From NCBI GenBank assembly GCA_977017575.1, contig CDRNVI010000184.1, positions 114,796 through 178,795 on the forward strand: a stretch of 64,000 bases of DNA, written 5' to 3'. Shown here piece by piece: positions 51,638 to 62,660 of this stretch; position 1 is the first letter of the stretch; the number at the start of each line of letters is the position of its first letter. The notes below the pieces were generated by a model. The model had not been told where the DNA came from, searched no databases, and saw only the letters and a list, made by a program, of their open reading frames with translations. The translations under genes were made by a program, and so were the position numbers. Origin of the DNA: Paramoeba atlantica (lineage: Eukaryota > Protista > Discosea).

Positions 51638-53246
51638 GCTTTTGGCAGACAACTGTCTTAGGTGGGACCAACCGAAATTGGAGTTCTTTCTTCTCTTGTT
51701 TTATTTGTTTCTTTTTCTTTTTTTTTTTCTTTTTTTTTTCTTTTTTTTTTCTTTTTTTTTTCTTTTTTTTTTCTTTTTCTTTCTTTTCTTTTTCTTTTTC
51801 TTTCTTTTCTTTTAACTTTTCTCTCTCTTTTTTCTTTTTCTTTTAACTTTTCCTTTCTTCTCTCTTCTCTCTCCCCTTTTCTCTCCCTCTCTCCCTCTCT
51901 CTCTTCTCTCTCTTCTCTTTCTAGAGATCTTTCTGACAGAGGGACTGTTCCATCAGAAATTGAAAATCTTCGTCATGCCTAATTATGTTTTTTTTTATTT
52001 TTATTTTTATTTTTATTTTTATTTTTATTTTTTATTTTATTTTTATTTTTGATTTTGATTTTGATTTTATTTTTATTTTTATTTTATTTTATGATTTTAT
52101 TATTTTATTATTTTATTATTTTATTTTTTTTCTTTTTTTTATTATTCTTTTAATAATTTTATCATTTTCTTTTCTTTCTTTTTTCTTTTCCTTTTCTTTC
52201 TTTTCCTTTCCTTTCTTTTTCTCTTCTCTTCTCTTCTCTTCTCTTCTCTTCTTCTCTTCTCTTCTCTTTTCTTTTCTTCTCTTCTCTTCTCTTTTCTTCT
52301 CTTTTCTTCTCTTCTCTTTTCTTTCTTTCTTTTTTAGGAGTCAATTGACTGAAAGGAGAAAAAATCTTGGACAAAATTTCAAAACTTCGTTCTTTAACTG
52401 ACTTGTAATTTTTTCTTTTTTCTTTTTTTTTCTTTTTCTTTTTCTTTTTCTTTTTCTTTTTCTTTTCTTTTTCTTTTTCTTTTCTTTTTCTTTTTTTCTT
52501 TTTTATTTTTTTTCTTTTTCTTTTTTATCTTTTTTCTTTTTTTCTTTTTCTTTCTTTTTTTTATCTTTTCATTTCTTTCATTTTTATTGAAATTATTTTT
52601 GATTTTATCAGATCACTGGAAGGGAATTTCTTTTCAGGGGCAATGCCTGTTGAATTTGCACAACTCTCTCATCTTCTTCAAAAGTTTTTTTTTTTCTTTT
52701 TTTTCTTTTTTCTTTTTTTTTTTCTTTCTTTTTTTCTTTTTTTCTTTTTTTTCTTTTTTTTCTTTTTTTTTCTGATTATTTTTTGAATAAATTATTCTTC
52801 TGATGATTTTTTTTCTTTCTTTCTCTCTCTTTTCTCTCTCACTTTTCTCTCTCTCTTTCTCTCTTTCTTCTCTCTCTCTCTTTCATAATATTATTAGAGA
52901 CATTGTTTCTAATAACTTCACGGGGACTTTGCCAACTGAATTTGGACAACTCTCCAATTTGACTTGGATGTTTTTTATTTTTTTTTATTTTTTTAATTTA
53001 TTTTATTTATTTATTTTATTATTATTTTTTATTATTTTATTATTTTTATTATTTTTTTTTTCTTTTTTTTCTTTTTTTTCTTTTTTCCTTTTTAACTCTT
53101 ATTTCTTTTCTTTCCCTCTTATTTCTTTCTTTCTTTCTTTCTTTCTTTCTTTTTTCTTTCTTTCTTCTTTCTTTCTTTTCTCTTTGTAGGTATTTCAGTA
53201 AGAATTCATTCACAGGACCACTCAACTCACGAATCTTGTTCAAATG
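51638..53246 (+). pseudogene. Plant-type LRR gene, copy 2 (lesions in exons 1, 2, 3 and 6; exon 5 intact); homology to copy 1 continues to ~53845
   Basis: Exon-by-exon paralog of 19437-21348; exon 3 has AAT CGA > AAT TGA; exon 6 has a 16-nt deletion. Confidence 0.85.
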
Positions 53247-53766
53247 TATTTTTTTCCTTTTTTCTTTTTCTTTTTTCTTTTTTTCTTTTTTTTTTTTCTT
53301 TTTTTTTTCTTTTTTTTCTTTTTTCTTTTTTCTTTTTTTTTTTTTCCTTTTTCCTTTTTTGATTTTCTTTTTCTTTTTCGTTCTCTTTTTCTTTCCACCA
53401 CCAACCCAAGATCAAAAACCTTTATTTTGTTGGGTGTTTTGTGATGATGTGTTTTTTTTCTTTTCTTTGTTTTTCTTTGTTTTTCTTTGTTTTTCTTTGT
53501 TTTTCTTTGTTTTTCTTTGTTTTTTTAATTGGAAAACTAATTTTTCTTTCTTTTCTTTTTTCTTTTTCTGTTAGATGATAATATAATCAAAAATCAAGAA
53601 AGACAGAACAATTAAAAGGATTTTTGTGGTGATGTTTTGGAGTTTTATGAACAAATTAAAGTTCTTTTGATTTGCTCAAACAACTCTTTTTTCTTCTTTG
53701 ATATTTTTCAGCGATTTGGGACCCTCAAAGAATTGAAATGTCCCAGAAGATGATCCAATTCTCACT

Positions 53767-53797
<31 letters not shown>

Positions 53798-53915
53798 GAG
53801 TTGGGGAGTTAGGGAGTCAGGGAGACTTGAGATCCCACCAGACAAGTTCTTTTTTTTCTTCTTTTTTTTCTTTTTTTTTCTTTTTTTTTCTTTTTTTTTC
53901 TTTTTTTCTCTTTTT

Positions 53916-53947
<32 letters not shown>

Positions 53948-54231
53948 CTTTTTTTTTCTTTTTTTTTCTTTTTTTCTTTTTTTCTTTTTTTTTTTTGAAA
54001 AATTATGAACCCTAAAATCTTTTTTTTTGTGCTAAAATAATTTTTTCCCCTGCCAGGGAGGAAAGAGCGAAAGGAGAGGGAAGAAAAGAGGAAAGAGAAA
54101 AAAGAAAAAAGCGAGATGAAAAAAAGAATTAAATTAAAAAAAAAAAAGTAAAAAAAAAAAGGGAAAGAGGAAGAAGGAGAGAAGGAGACAAGGAGGAGAG
54201 AAGGAGGGAAGAGGAGAGGGGAAGAGGGAAA

Positions 54232-54340
54232 GGAAGGTTGGGAAGGTTGGGAAAGGAGGGGAAGGTTAGGAAGGTTGGGGAAGTTTAGGAAGGTTGGGGA
54301 AGGTTGGGATGCTTGGGAAAGGTTGGGAAGAGGTGGGATC
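54232..54340 (+). repeat. G-rich minisatellite (GGGAAGGTT-like), potential G-quadruplex
   Basis: Repeated GGGAAGGTTGGG / GGGGAAGGTTAGG units. Confidence 0.7.
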
Positions 54341-56025
54341 ATGTTCTCTTTTTTTTCTTGAGGTTTATTCTTTTTTCTTTCTTTTTTTTTTTTTTTTTTT
54401 TTCTTTTTATTTTTCTTTTCTTTTTTTCTTCTTTTTCTTTTTCTTTTCTTTCTTTTTTTTCTTTCTTTTTCTTTCTTTTTTTTCTTTTTCTTTTTCTTTT
54501 TCTTTTTCTTTTTTTCTTTCTTTTTTTTTTTTTCTTTTCTTTCTTTTTTTTCTTTTTTTTCTTTTTTTTTTTTTTTCTTTTCTTTCTTTTTTTTCTTTTT
54601 TTTCTTTTTTCTTTTTTTCTTTTTTTCTTTCTTTTTTTTCTTTTTCTTTTTCTTTTTCTCTTTCTCTTTTCTTTTCTTTTTCTTTCTTTTCTTTCTTTTT
54701 TTTTTTCTTTTTTTTCTTTTTTTTTTCTTTTTTTTTTGTTTTTTTTTGTTTTTTTTCTTTTCCTTTTTGTTTTTTTTCTTTTTCTTTTTGTTTTTTTTCT
54801 TTTTGTTTTTTTCTTTTTTTTTTCTTTTTTTTTCTTTTCTTTTCTTTTCTTTTTTTCTTTTTTTCTTTTTCTTTTTCTTTTTGTTTTTGTTTTGTTTTGT
54901 TTTTTTTTTTATCTTTTCCTCTTTATCTTTCCTCTTTTTAATCTTTTCCCCTCTCTTCTCTTTTTCTCTCTTTCTTTCTTTCTCTTTCTTTTCTCCTTAA
55001 CACAGGAAAGTTGTTTAATTGAAGAGAGTGTAATTCACGTATTAAAAAAATGTTCCTTTTTTCTTCATTGATTTTTTTCTTTTTTTCTTTTGTTTTTTTT
55101 CTTTTTTTTCTTTGTTTTTTTTCTTTTGTTTTTTCTTTTTTCTTTTTTTCTTTTGTTTTGTGTTTTTCCTTTTTTTTTTCTTTTCTTTCATCTTTTGTTT
55201 TTGTCTTTTTTATCTTTTCTCTTTCCTCTTTTTAATCTTCTCCCCCTTCTCTTTTCTCTTCTTTCCCCTCTTTCTCTTTCTCTTTTCTTTTCTTTCCTTC
55301 TCTTTCTTTCCTTTTAAGACAGTGAAGTCGTTGAAATAGAAAAGAGTGAAATCACGTATCAAAAGAGATCCTTTTTCTTCACAGTTTTTTCTTTTCTTTT
55401 TTTTTTCTTTTTTTTTTCTTTTTTTTTTCTTTTTTTTTTTTTTCTTTTTTCTTTTTTTTCTTTTTTCTTTTTTTTTTCTTTTTTTTTCTTTTTGTTTGTT
55501 TTGTTTGTTTTGTTTTGTTTTGTTTTGTTTATTGTTCTCTTCTTTTCTTTTCTTTTTTTTTGTTTTTTTTGTTTTTTTATTTTATTTTTTTCCTTTGTTT
55601 TCTTTTCTTTTTTTTTGTTTTTTTTTGTTTTTTTTTGTTTTTTTCCCTTTTCCTCCTCTTTCTCCTTTCTTTTCTTGATCAAAGCGAAAATAAAAAGAAA
55701 ATTGTTGGTTCTCTCTTTTTTCTTTTTCTCTTTTCCCTCTTCCTTCCCCCTTTCCTTTTTTTTCCTTTCCTTTTTTCTTTTTCTTTTTTCTTTCTTTTTT
55801 TCTTTTTTCTTCTCTTTGTTTCTTTTATCTTTTCTTTTTTTCTTCTCTTTTTTTCTCTTTTTTTTTTCTTTTTTCTTTCTTGTTTCTTTTTTTCTTTTCT
55901 TTTTCTTTTCTTTTTCTTTTTTTTCTTTTTTTTTTCTTTTTTTTTCTTTTTTTTTCTTTTTTTTTCTTTTTTTTTCCTTTTTTTTCCTTTTTTTTTCTTT
56001 TTTTTTTCTTTTTTTTCTTTTTTTT

Positions 56026-56057
<32 letters not shown>

Positions 56058-56350
56058 CTTTGTTTTTGTTTTTTTGTTTTCTTTTTCTTTTTTTTTTCCT
56101 TTTCCCTTTCCTTTCCCTTTTCTTTCTTTTTTTTTCTTTTGACTCTTTCTTTTCTCTTTCCCTCTCCTTTTCCCCTTTATTTTGTTTTTCCTTTTCCTTT
56201 TTTCTTCTTTTTCTTTTTTTTTTTTTTATTTTTCCTTTTGTTTTTTTGTTTTGTTTTTATTTATTTTTTCTTGTTTTTCTTTTTTATTTGTTTATTTTTT
56301 TATTTGTTTTTTCTTTTTTCTTTTTTTTCCTTCTCTCTTACTTTTTCCCC
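54340..56350 (+). repeat. ~2 kb T/C low-complexity tract with short non-repetitive islands
   Basis: Direct reading. Confidence 0.9.
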
Positions 56351-56907
56351 CCTCTTCCTGAGGAGTAGTGTGTGTGTAACATGTACCTTTAATCTTTTTA
56401 TTGAAGCCAAAAAGACTACAATATTTGTGTACAAAACAAATATTGCAGCCTCTTTGGGGATTTTCAAGCATGTATGCAGCAGCGAGAGTGTGGTGGGGGG
56501 AAATTCAAAAAGAGGAGGCGTTTTTAACAAAAAGAGATCACCAGATTGATCTGATTTCATTATTTTTCAGGAGATGGTCCCAGAGGAGAGAAAAAACAAC
56601 AAAAAGCAAAGAGAAAAGAGAGGATGAAGTTGACAAGAGAAAAAAATGGTAGTCGAGGTGGGGATTCTGTCTGGTGGGTTAATGAAACTGTGTGATGTTC
56701 TTTTGCTAACTTGACAGGGGCAAAGGGATTGGATTGTTTGTGTGTGTGAGAGATCTCCTCTCCTTTTGTTGAGATTGTTGTGAGAGTTCCAAAAGAGTTC
56801 CAAAAGAGAGAGAAAAAAAAAATTATTTTAATAATAATAATAAATATTTTTCAACCAATAATTTATTTATTTTATACAAAAGGAAAGAGAAAGTATTCAA
56901 CAAAATT

Positions 56908-57298
56908 TTAATCAACTTCCTCGATCTTGGGTTCAGCAGAAGAACCAGATCCTCCTGCATTTCCACCAGAACCAGAGAAACCTCCAGAACCAGAATCACC
57001 ACCAGGGAATCCACCAGCTCCACCAGGGAATCCACCAGGCATACCTCCTCCTGGCATACCACTGGGCATACCACCAGGCACACCACCCTCACCACCAGCT
57101 CCTTGGTAGATCTTGGAGAAGATTGGCATCACCTTCTCTTCCAATTCCTTCCTCCTGTGTTCAAACTCAGCAACAAAGAGTAAGCATAGTTCTCAAGTCC
57201 ATTCTTCGCTTCAACCTTCTTACGAGCTTCCTCATCTTCATCCTTAAACTGTTCAGCATCCTTCACCATTCAATCAATATCAGCTTGAGACAATTGAC
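56908..57298 (-). pseudogene. hsp70: Cytosolic Hsp70 3' fragment (premature TGA, internal lid deletion, intact EEVD tail)
   Basis: [39 protein letters not shown], then a jump to [27 protein letters not shown]...PKIEEVD-TAA. Confidence 0.92.
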
Positions 57299-57434
57299 TC
57301 CTGCGAGTTCTTCAACTCCTTCAAGTTCTTCAATTCTCTCAAGTTCCTCAGCTCCTTTCCAGTTCTTCAACTCCTTCAAGTTTTTCAACTCCTTTTCAAG
57401 TTCTTCAGGTTCTTCAACTTCATCTCGGTTTGTG

Positions 57435-60300
57435 ATGAGAGATGAATCTCACCGATATCTACTTGATGGCCTTTCACCTGTTCGTGGAAATGGGAAAGAC
57501 GAGGCGCCCTCTTATGAAGACCTCCAGAACAGTTTTCTTCAACTCTGAGAAGAGAGACAGCTGATGAACAAGGACTTGAGTGGCATGAGAAGACAAATCT
57601 CTCAACTCAGCTCGATGTTGATGGATCGACCCTTACCCATCTCAAGACTCTGGAACGTATACAAAGGCTCAAAGAGATAATCTGAGAGAACTGGTAAAAG
57701 AAACGAATTTTTCGGACCCCACTGAAGTGAACGATTTTTGTTATGTGGCGAGAGAAAAGCTGAACTCAAAAGTCTCGCCAAATGTGGCACCTCTTGGGAG
57801 GGATCTGAAGTTATTTATCAAACTGCCTAACTCAATTAGTTGGAAGATGGTGAGCGAGTCCCAAGATCCACTTGTTTTGCTTGAGGCTTTGCGGAAAATG
57901 TTTGGACAAACTGAAGAGGAGATGACAGACTCGTCCAGGTACCAAAATTTTCGAATGCCTAATTCGAAAATGAGCAAGTTCCAGCAGTACGCGACCCATT
58001 TTCTCGATCAAAATTTGAAGAAGAACAAAATTTCTCGAAGGGATGCGCGTGATAGAGATATTATTGACGAATTTGCTGAGAAATTTGAACAAGGGTCTGT
58101 ATTCAAGGCGAAGTTTAAGGATTTGGGAAGAAAACTTAATTGGGAGGATACAGTGAAGAGATTTCTTGTCGATCTGAAGTTCACTCTGGAGTGCTCGACG
58201 CCAGAACCTCGATTAGCAAAGATTGGAGTTCAGGATACGGCAGAGTATCAAAAGATTGCAGACCAAACTGATCGAAAGAGAAAGAGGGAAGAACCTTTTT
58301 GTTTCATTTGTGGTGGAGCTCATCTTCTCCGACTTTGTCGCTTGATGGAGGGATTGCGGTCTGAATCCGCAGCTTCTTTCAGGACTCAAGGGAAGATGAG
58401 ATGTCCACTTTGCGGCTTTACAGACCATGGAAGTCGCCAGTGTTTCTGGTTGAACACTGCGAAATTCATAAGGGTTCGCAATTGTCAAATGCCATTTTCG
58501 GTAAGGACCCCCTGGAGGAGAGCAATGGAACAATATTCCAAAGCAATCCAAAAGGAGTACCCTGAGACAATGGATTATCAAAAATGGCTACACGGGGAGA
58601 CCAGAACCCCCATGAAAACTGACTCCCAAAGACGGAAAGAACCTCAAAAGAAGTTCTGGAAACTAATTGAAAGAGCTTCCGAACTTTTTGATGCAATGGA
58701 AGGTGGAACACTAACACCTGAAGAGGGCACAAAAATACTGGCAAGGTTTGACTTCTTTACAATTTGACAAATCTGAAAAATACTAAGAGATCTTGGAAAC
58801 AGGATACAAATCACACTTTGGTTAATCTGACTGACAAAGAATTTGTTATATTTGACAAGAAGATCTTGACGAGAGAAGTATTTCCGAAACTGAGTCAAAT
58901 AAATAACAATTTGTTAACCATACACCCCTTTTACTGTTGATCAAAAATGCATACATGATTCTGGTGCTGGAATTGATGTGGTGTCTGAAAAGCCCATTAA
59001 AAACATTGTACCAAGAATGAGAAGACCATATCAAGGCGGCAAGGTCACTATGGCAAGGGAGGAAGTTCTCCTTGAAATCAACATTGCTGCTGGGGAAAGG
59101 AGGAGACACTGGGTTCACAGTCTTAAATGAGCTCTCTTCCAGCATTATTTTTGGAACTCCATTTCTTTCAAAGATTGGAGCTGTCCTTGACTTTGACAAA
59201 GGAAAAATCGAATTCCGAAAATTGTTGCATGGGCAAACATTGACTTTCCCTTTTTGCAGAAAAATAAAGACAATTCTCAAATTTCCGCGGTTCTTCCAGA
59301 ACCTGTGGGGAAATTGGTGAATTGAAAACAGTTGAATGGATAACTTTAGAGCCCATGGAACAATCAGAAGAGACCCTCCAGTTGGAACCTGGGAAAGGAC
59401 GTCTGAAGTCTTCAATACAAAATCCTGAGTGAGAATGATTCTGGAGAACCGAAAAAATATCGTGTTCAGATCACCACTGCAGCAGGAAAAATAAGATATG
59501 AATGGTTTTTACATGAACAATTAAAAGACTCTGAACTTCTGAAAGATTACCTCTTAGAAAAAGAGAATGCAAGGAGAGAAATTCATAAAATCCTCCGCGA
59601 GACCCATTCTCCTGAGAGAATTCAGAAAAAGACGAAAATTAACACAATCCACAAATTCAAACCTTGGACAAGAAAATAAGGGATTTGACACCCAAATTAT
59701 CCAAGAAAGAATATACAATGGATATAATCAATATCTTGTTGTTGGCCCTACTGGCAGAGGAAGAATTCAAAAACGTTGGATGTACGAAGAAGATGTGAAA
59801 GATTCACATGGGAATGAATTAGAAAATTACCTCGAAATGAAGGGATAAAGAGACTAATCTTCCGGAACTGCGAAAGGAGATCGAATTTTTTTTTCTACTT
59901 TCACGCCTGAGGGTTTTTTGCGCCGTGTTTGTCCTGGTTTTCCCTCGAACCAAGGGCTTTCCACTCGTGTGGTTTTTCCCTTGCTATCTTTGCTATTTTG
60001 CTATTTTGCTATCCTTGACAGTCAGACTCGAACAAACAATTCAAGAAGAGTTTGCCAAGTGAGGACACTTGATTTTTCAAAAAGGGGGGAGAGGTGTAAA
60101 TACGGAAATCCTTTGCAGCTTCGAAAACAAAACTCTTTCGATTCTCTTGGTCAAACCAGAAACGTGCAAACAAGGAACCGAACGGAAACGAACACAAAAT
60201 ATCCTAATAAGATATTGTTGTTGGGCATTTGTCTCTTCATTCAGACCCAAAAATTGAACAAAAACCTCCAAGAGAATCATTTCCTTAAGCATATATTCAG
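57435..60300 (+). mobile_element. Non-autonomous gypsy derivative: gag (2 zinc knuckles) - protease - [RT/RH/IN core absent] - two chromodomain-like repeats - PPT - 3' LTR (LTR end uncertain)
   Basis: CFICGGAHLLRLC and CPLCGFTDHGSRQC; DSGAGIDVV at ~58960; IFGTPFL...AVLDF; chromo-like YKILSE...YRVQ...EW...LKDY and IIQERIYNGYNQYLV...RWMYEED...LENY; AAAAAGGGGGAGAGG then TGTAAATA at 60095, the same LTR start as the 9863 LTR. Confidence 0.82.
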
Positions 60301-61748
60301 GATCTTCTTTATCTCAACTACCCAGTTGTATCTGGACCACCCAGTAATTGTATGAAGACCTTCTTCCAAGAACCCCCCCCCCCCAAAGCAGTATTGCCTG
60401 CCTCATCCCAGTTATCCTGTTGCCAGTGAACCAATGATGAGGAAGACTTCTATGTTGAGCAGCCACTGCCACAACTTCAACTCAACCAACCTCCTTTTTC
60501 CACTAAACTTTGAGTCAAGAAAGTAATCTTGGTAGATCCACATCACACATTGTGTATTATTCAATCTCACTGCTGTCTAAAATCATCAGCCTTGTTCACA
60601 TTTTTTTCTCAACCCATCACTCGCCGCACAAAGGATTAAGAAACAGAAAATTTCTTTTAAAAAGAAATTTATTGTTGTTTACCAACTAAATTCAACTTTT
60701 GGCGAAAACAGCAATAAAAAGAAATCAAAGAGCAGAAAAGAAAAAAAAGGAGAGAAACAAGAAAAGAAAAAAAAGGAAAACAGGGGGAAAAAAAGAAAAA
60801 AAAAGAAGGAAAAAGGGTAAAAAAAAAAGAAACCAAAGGAAAAAGAGATTCAAACACAAAGTTCCTTTCTCCAAGAAAGTTTCCTCTCTTTCTCTTCTCT
60901 TTCCTCTCTTCCTCTCTTTCTTCTCTTTCTTCTCTTTCTTCTCTTCCCTCCCTTTCCTCTCTCTCTCTCTCTTTCTTCTCTTTCTTCTTTCTCTCTTCTC
61001 TCTCTTCTGTCACCTGTGCTGCTCACCAAAAAAAAGAAACAAAAAAAGCGGTTGAACCGCTGATTTAGATCCCTTAATTTTTCAGGACATCGAAAACCGT
61101 GGAAGATGCTTTTTGTAAACTCAATAAACTGCTTTTTGGTTTTTTTTTTTTTCGTTTCTCTCTCTTTCTTGTTTCTCCCTTTTTTTCCCCCTTTCCCCAC
61201 TCTTTTCTCTTCTCAAGTTGTCCCCTCCTTTTTTTTCTCTCATTCTCCTTTTTCCAAAACAATTCATGCTGTTGTTCCCTGTCTCAGGTTGTGGCACCTT
61301 TCTTTTCAGGGGATCCGTCTCGGTGGGTGTGTTGTGTGATCTTGGGGTTGTGGTGATCTGCGCCAGCTCAAACCAAGAGGTCTTTTTTTTTTCATTTTTT
61401 TTTATTTTTTTCATTTTTTTCATTTTTTCCTTCTTTCCTTTTTTTTCTTATTTTTTCCCTTTTTTTCTTTTTTTTTTCCTTCTTTTTTTTCTTTTTTTTT
61501 TCCTTTTTCCTTTTTCCTTTTTTTTCCTTTTTCTCTTTGAAAAACAAAAGAGAGAGAAAAGAAAAGGGAATTTGGAAGGAAAAGAAGAAGAAGATAAAAA
61601 AAGAGAGAGGGAGAGAAAAAAAGAGAGAAAGAGTGAAAGAAAGAAAAAAAAGAGAGTAGAGAAAGAAAAAGAGAAAAGTGAAGAAAAAAAAGAGAAAAAG
61701 GTGAGAAAAAGAAAAAAGAGAAAGGGTGAGAGGAGAAAGAAAAAAAAA

Positions 61749-61821
61749 AGCACCAGGAGGGACTCGAACCCACAACCACCAGCTCAGAAGGCCGATGCGC
61801 TACCAATTGCGCCACTAGTGC
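61749..61821 (-). tRNA. trnR: tRNA-Arg(UCU), with atypical features
   Basis: GCACTAG-TG-GCGC AATTGGTA GCGC-A-TCGGC CTTCTGA GCTGG-TGGTT-GTGGG TTCGAGT CCCTC-CTGGTGC, followed by an oligo-T terminator. Confidence 0.85.
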
Positions 61822-61996
61822 ATTTCTGAAAAATATTTTCCATTTTTTTTGTGTCCTTCTCTCTCTCTTCTCTCGGAGTCTCAAGAGGAGGGAGGTTTGT
61901 TGGTTGTGATTCTTTTGTTCCAATGGGGATTGGGAAGATTTCATCTGGAAAAAAGAGAGATAATGGTTTTTTTTTTGTTTTTTCTTTTGGATTTGT

Positions 61997-62046
61997 TTCA
62001 TACTCTCTGGATGCTAATTTGAAAATTCGGACCCAGAGAGTATGAA
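61997..62046. repeat. ~50-bp palindrome family, copy P7
   Basis: TTCATACTCTCTGGATGC-TAATTTGAAAATTC-GGACCCAGAGAGTATGAA. Confidence 0.85.
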
Positions 62047-62351
62047 TATATGATCACAAAAATATACCCAATCACAAAAGGGATGAAAAACAAAATGAAC
62101 CCTGTGGGGAAGGAAAAAAAACAAATTTTTGAGAAAAGGAGAATGAGGGAGGAAGGGGGGGGGAAAAAATAGAGCTTTAATTATGGAGGAGCAAGAAAAT
62201 GAAAAAAAAAAAAGGAAAGAAAAAAAGAAGAAAAAAGAAAAAAAAAAGATCCAGGAACCATCAAGACAGAGAAAAAGAAGGTTGGTGGGGAAGAAAATTG
62301 AGAAAAGAAAAAAAGAAAAAAGAAAAGAAAAAAAGAAAGAAAAAAAGGAGA

Positions 62352-62471
62352 AGGTCTTCAGCACTCGGGATTCGAATGTGGTCACCCACCATTCTACTAA
62401 CCGAGCCCACAGCTGCTTAACTTCCGAGTTCTGATGGGATCGGGTGCTTTCAACTGGGTATGACCGAAGAC
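62352..62471 (-). rRNA. rrn5: 5S ribosomal RNA gene, identical to 50595-50714
   Basis: Same 120-nt sequence; T-rich terminator. Confidence 0.97.
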
Positions 62472-62571
62472 ACTTTCTCTTCTTTTTTTTCTTCTTTTAA
62501 CAAAATGATAAATTTTGAATCATCCCCTTTTTTTCTGGAAAAGAAGATAACCTCCTCACCTCCCTCTCCCT

Positions 62572-62660
62572 CTCTGTTCTCCCTGTTCTCCCTGTTCTCC
62601 CTGTTCTCCCTGTTCTCCCTGTTCTCCCTGTTCTCCCTGTTCTCCCTGTTCTCCCTGTCC
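62572..62660. repeat. 9-bp microsatellite (CTGTTCTCC)n between polyubiquitin and 5S
   Basis: About 9 tandem units. Confidence 0.9.

Noticed and set aside
59909-59983. H/ACA snoRNA reading of the double hairpin
   Set aside because: No ANANNA hinge or ACA tail.
60430-60480. Copia RT-like DEEDFYVEQP
   Set aside because: An isolated short match with no flanking motifs.
61075-61350. AG/GT-bounded exon-like islands (also 46655-46890 on the minus strand and 25940-26120)
   Set aside because: Plausible exons, but there is no recognisable protein and no way to link them without transcripts.
10697-62420. Dozens of K/E/R-rich and F/L/S-rich ORFs in the supplied track
   Set aside because: They are translations of A/G or T/C low-complexity intron-like tracts on both strands, with no domain content.
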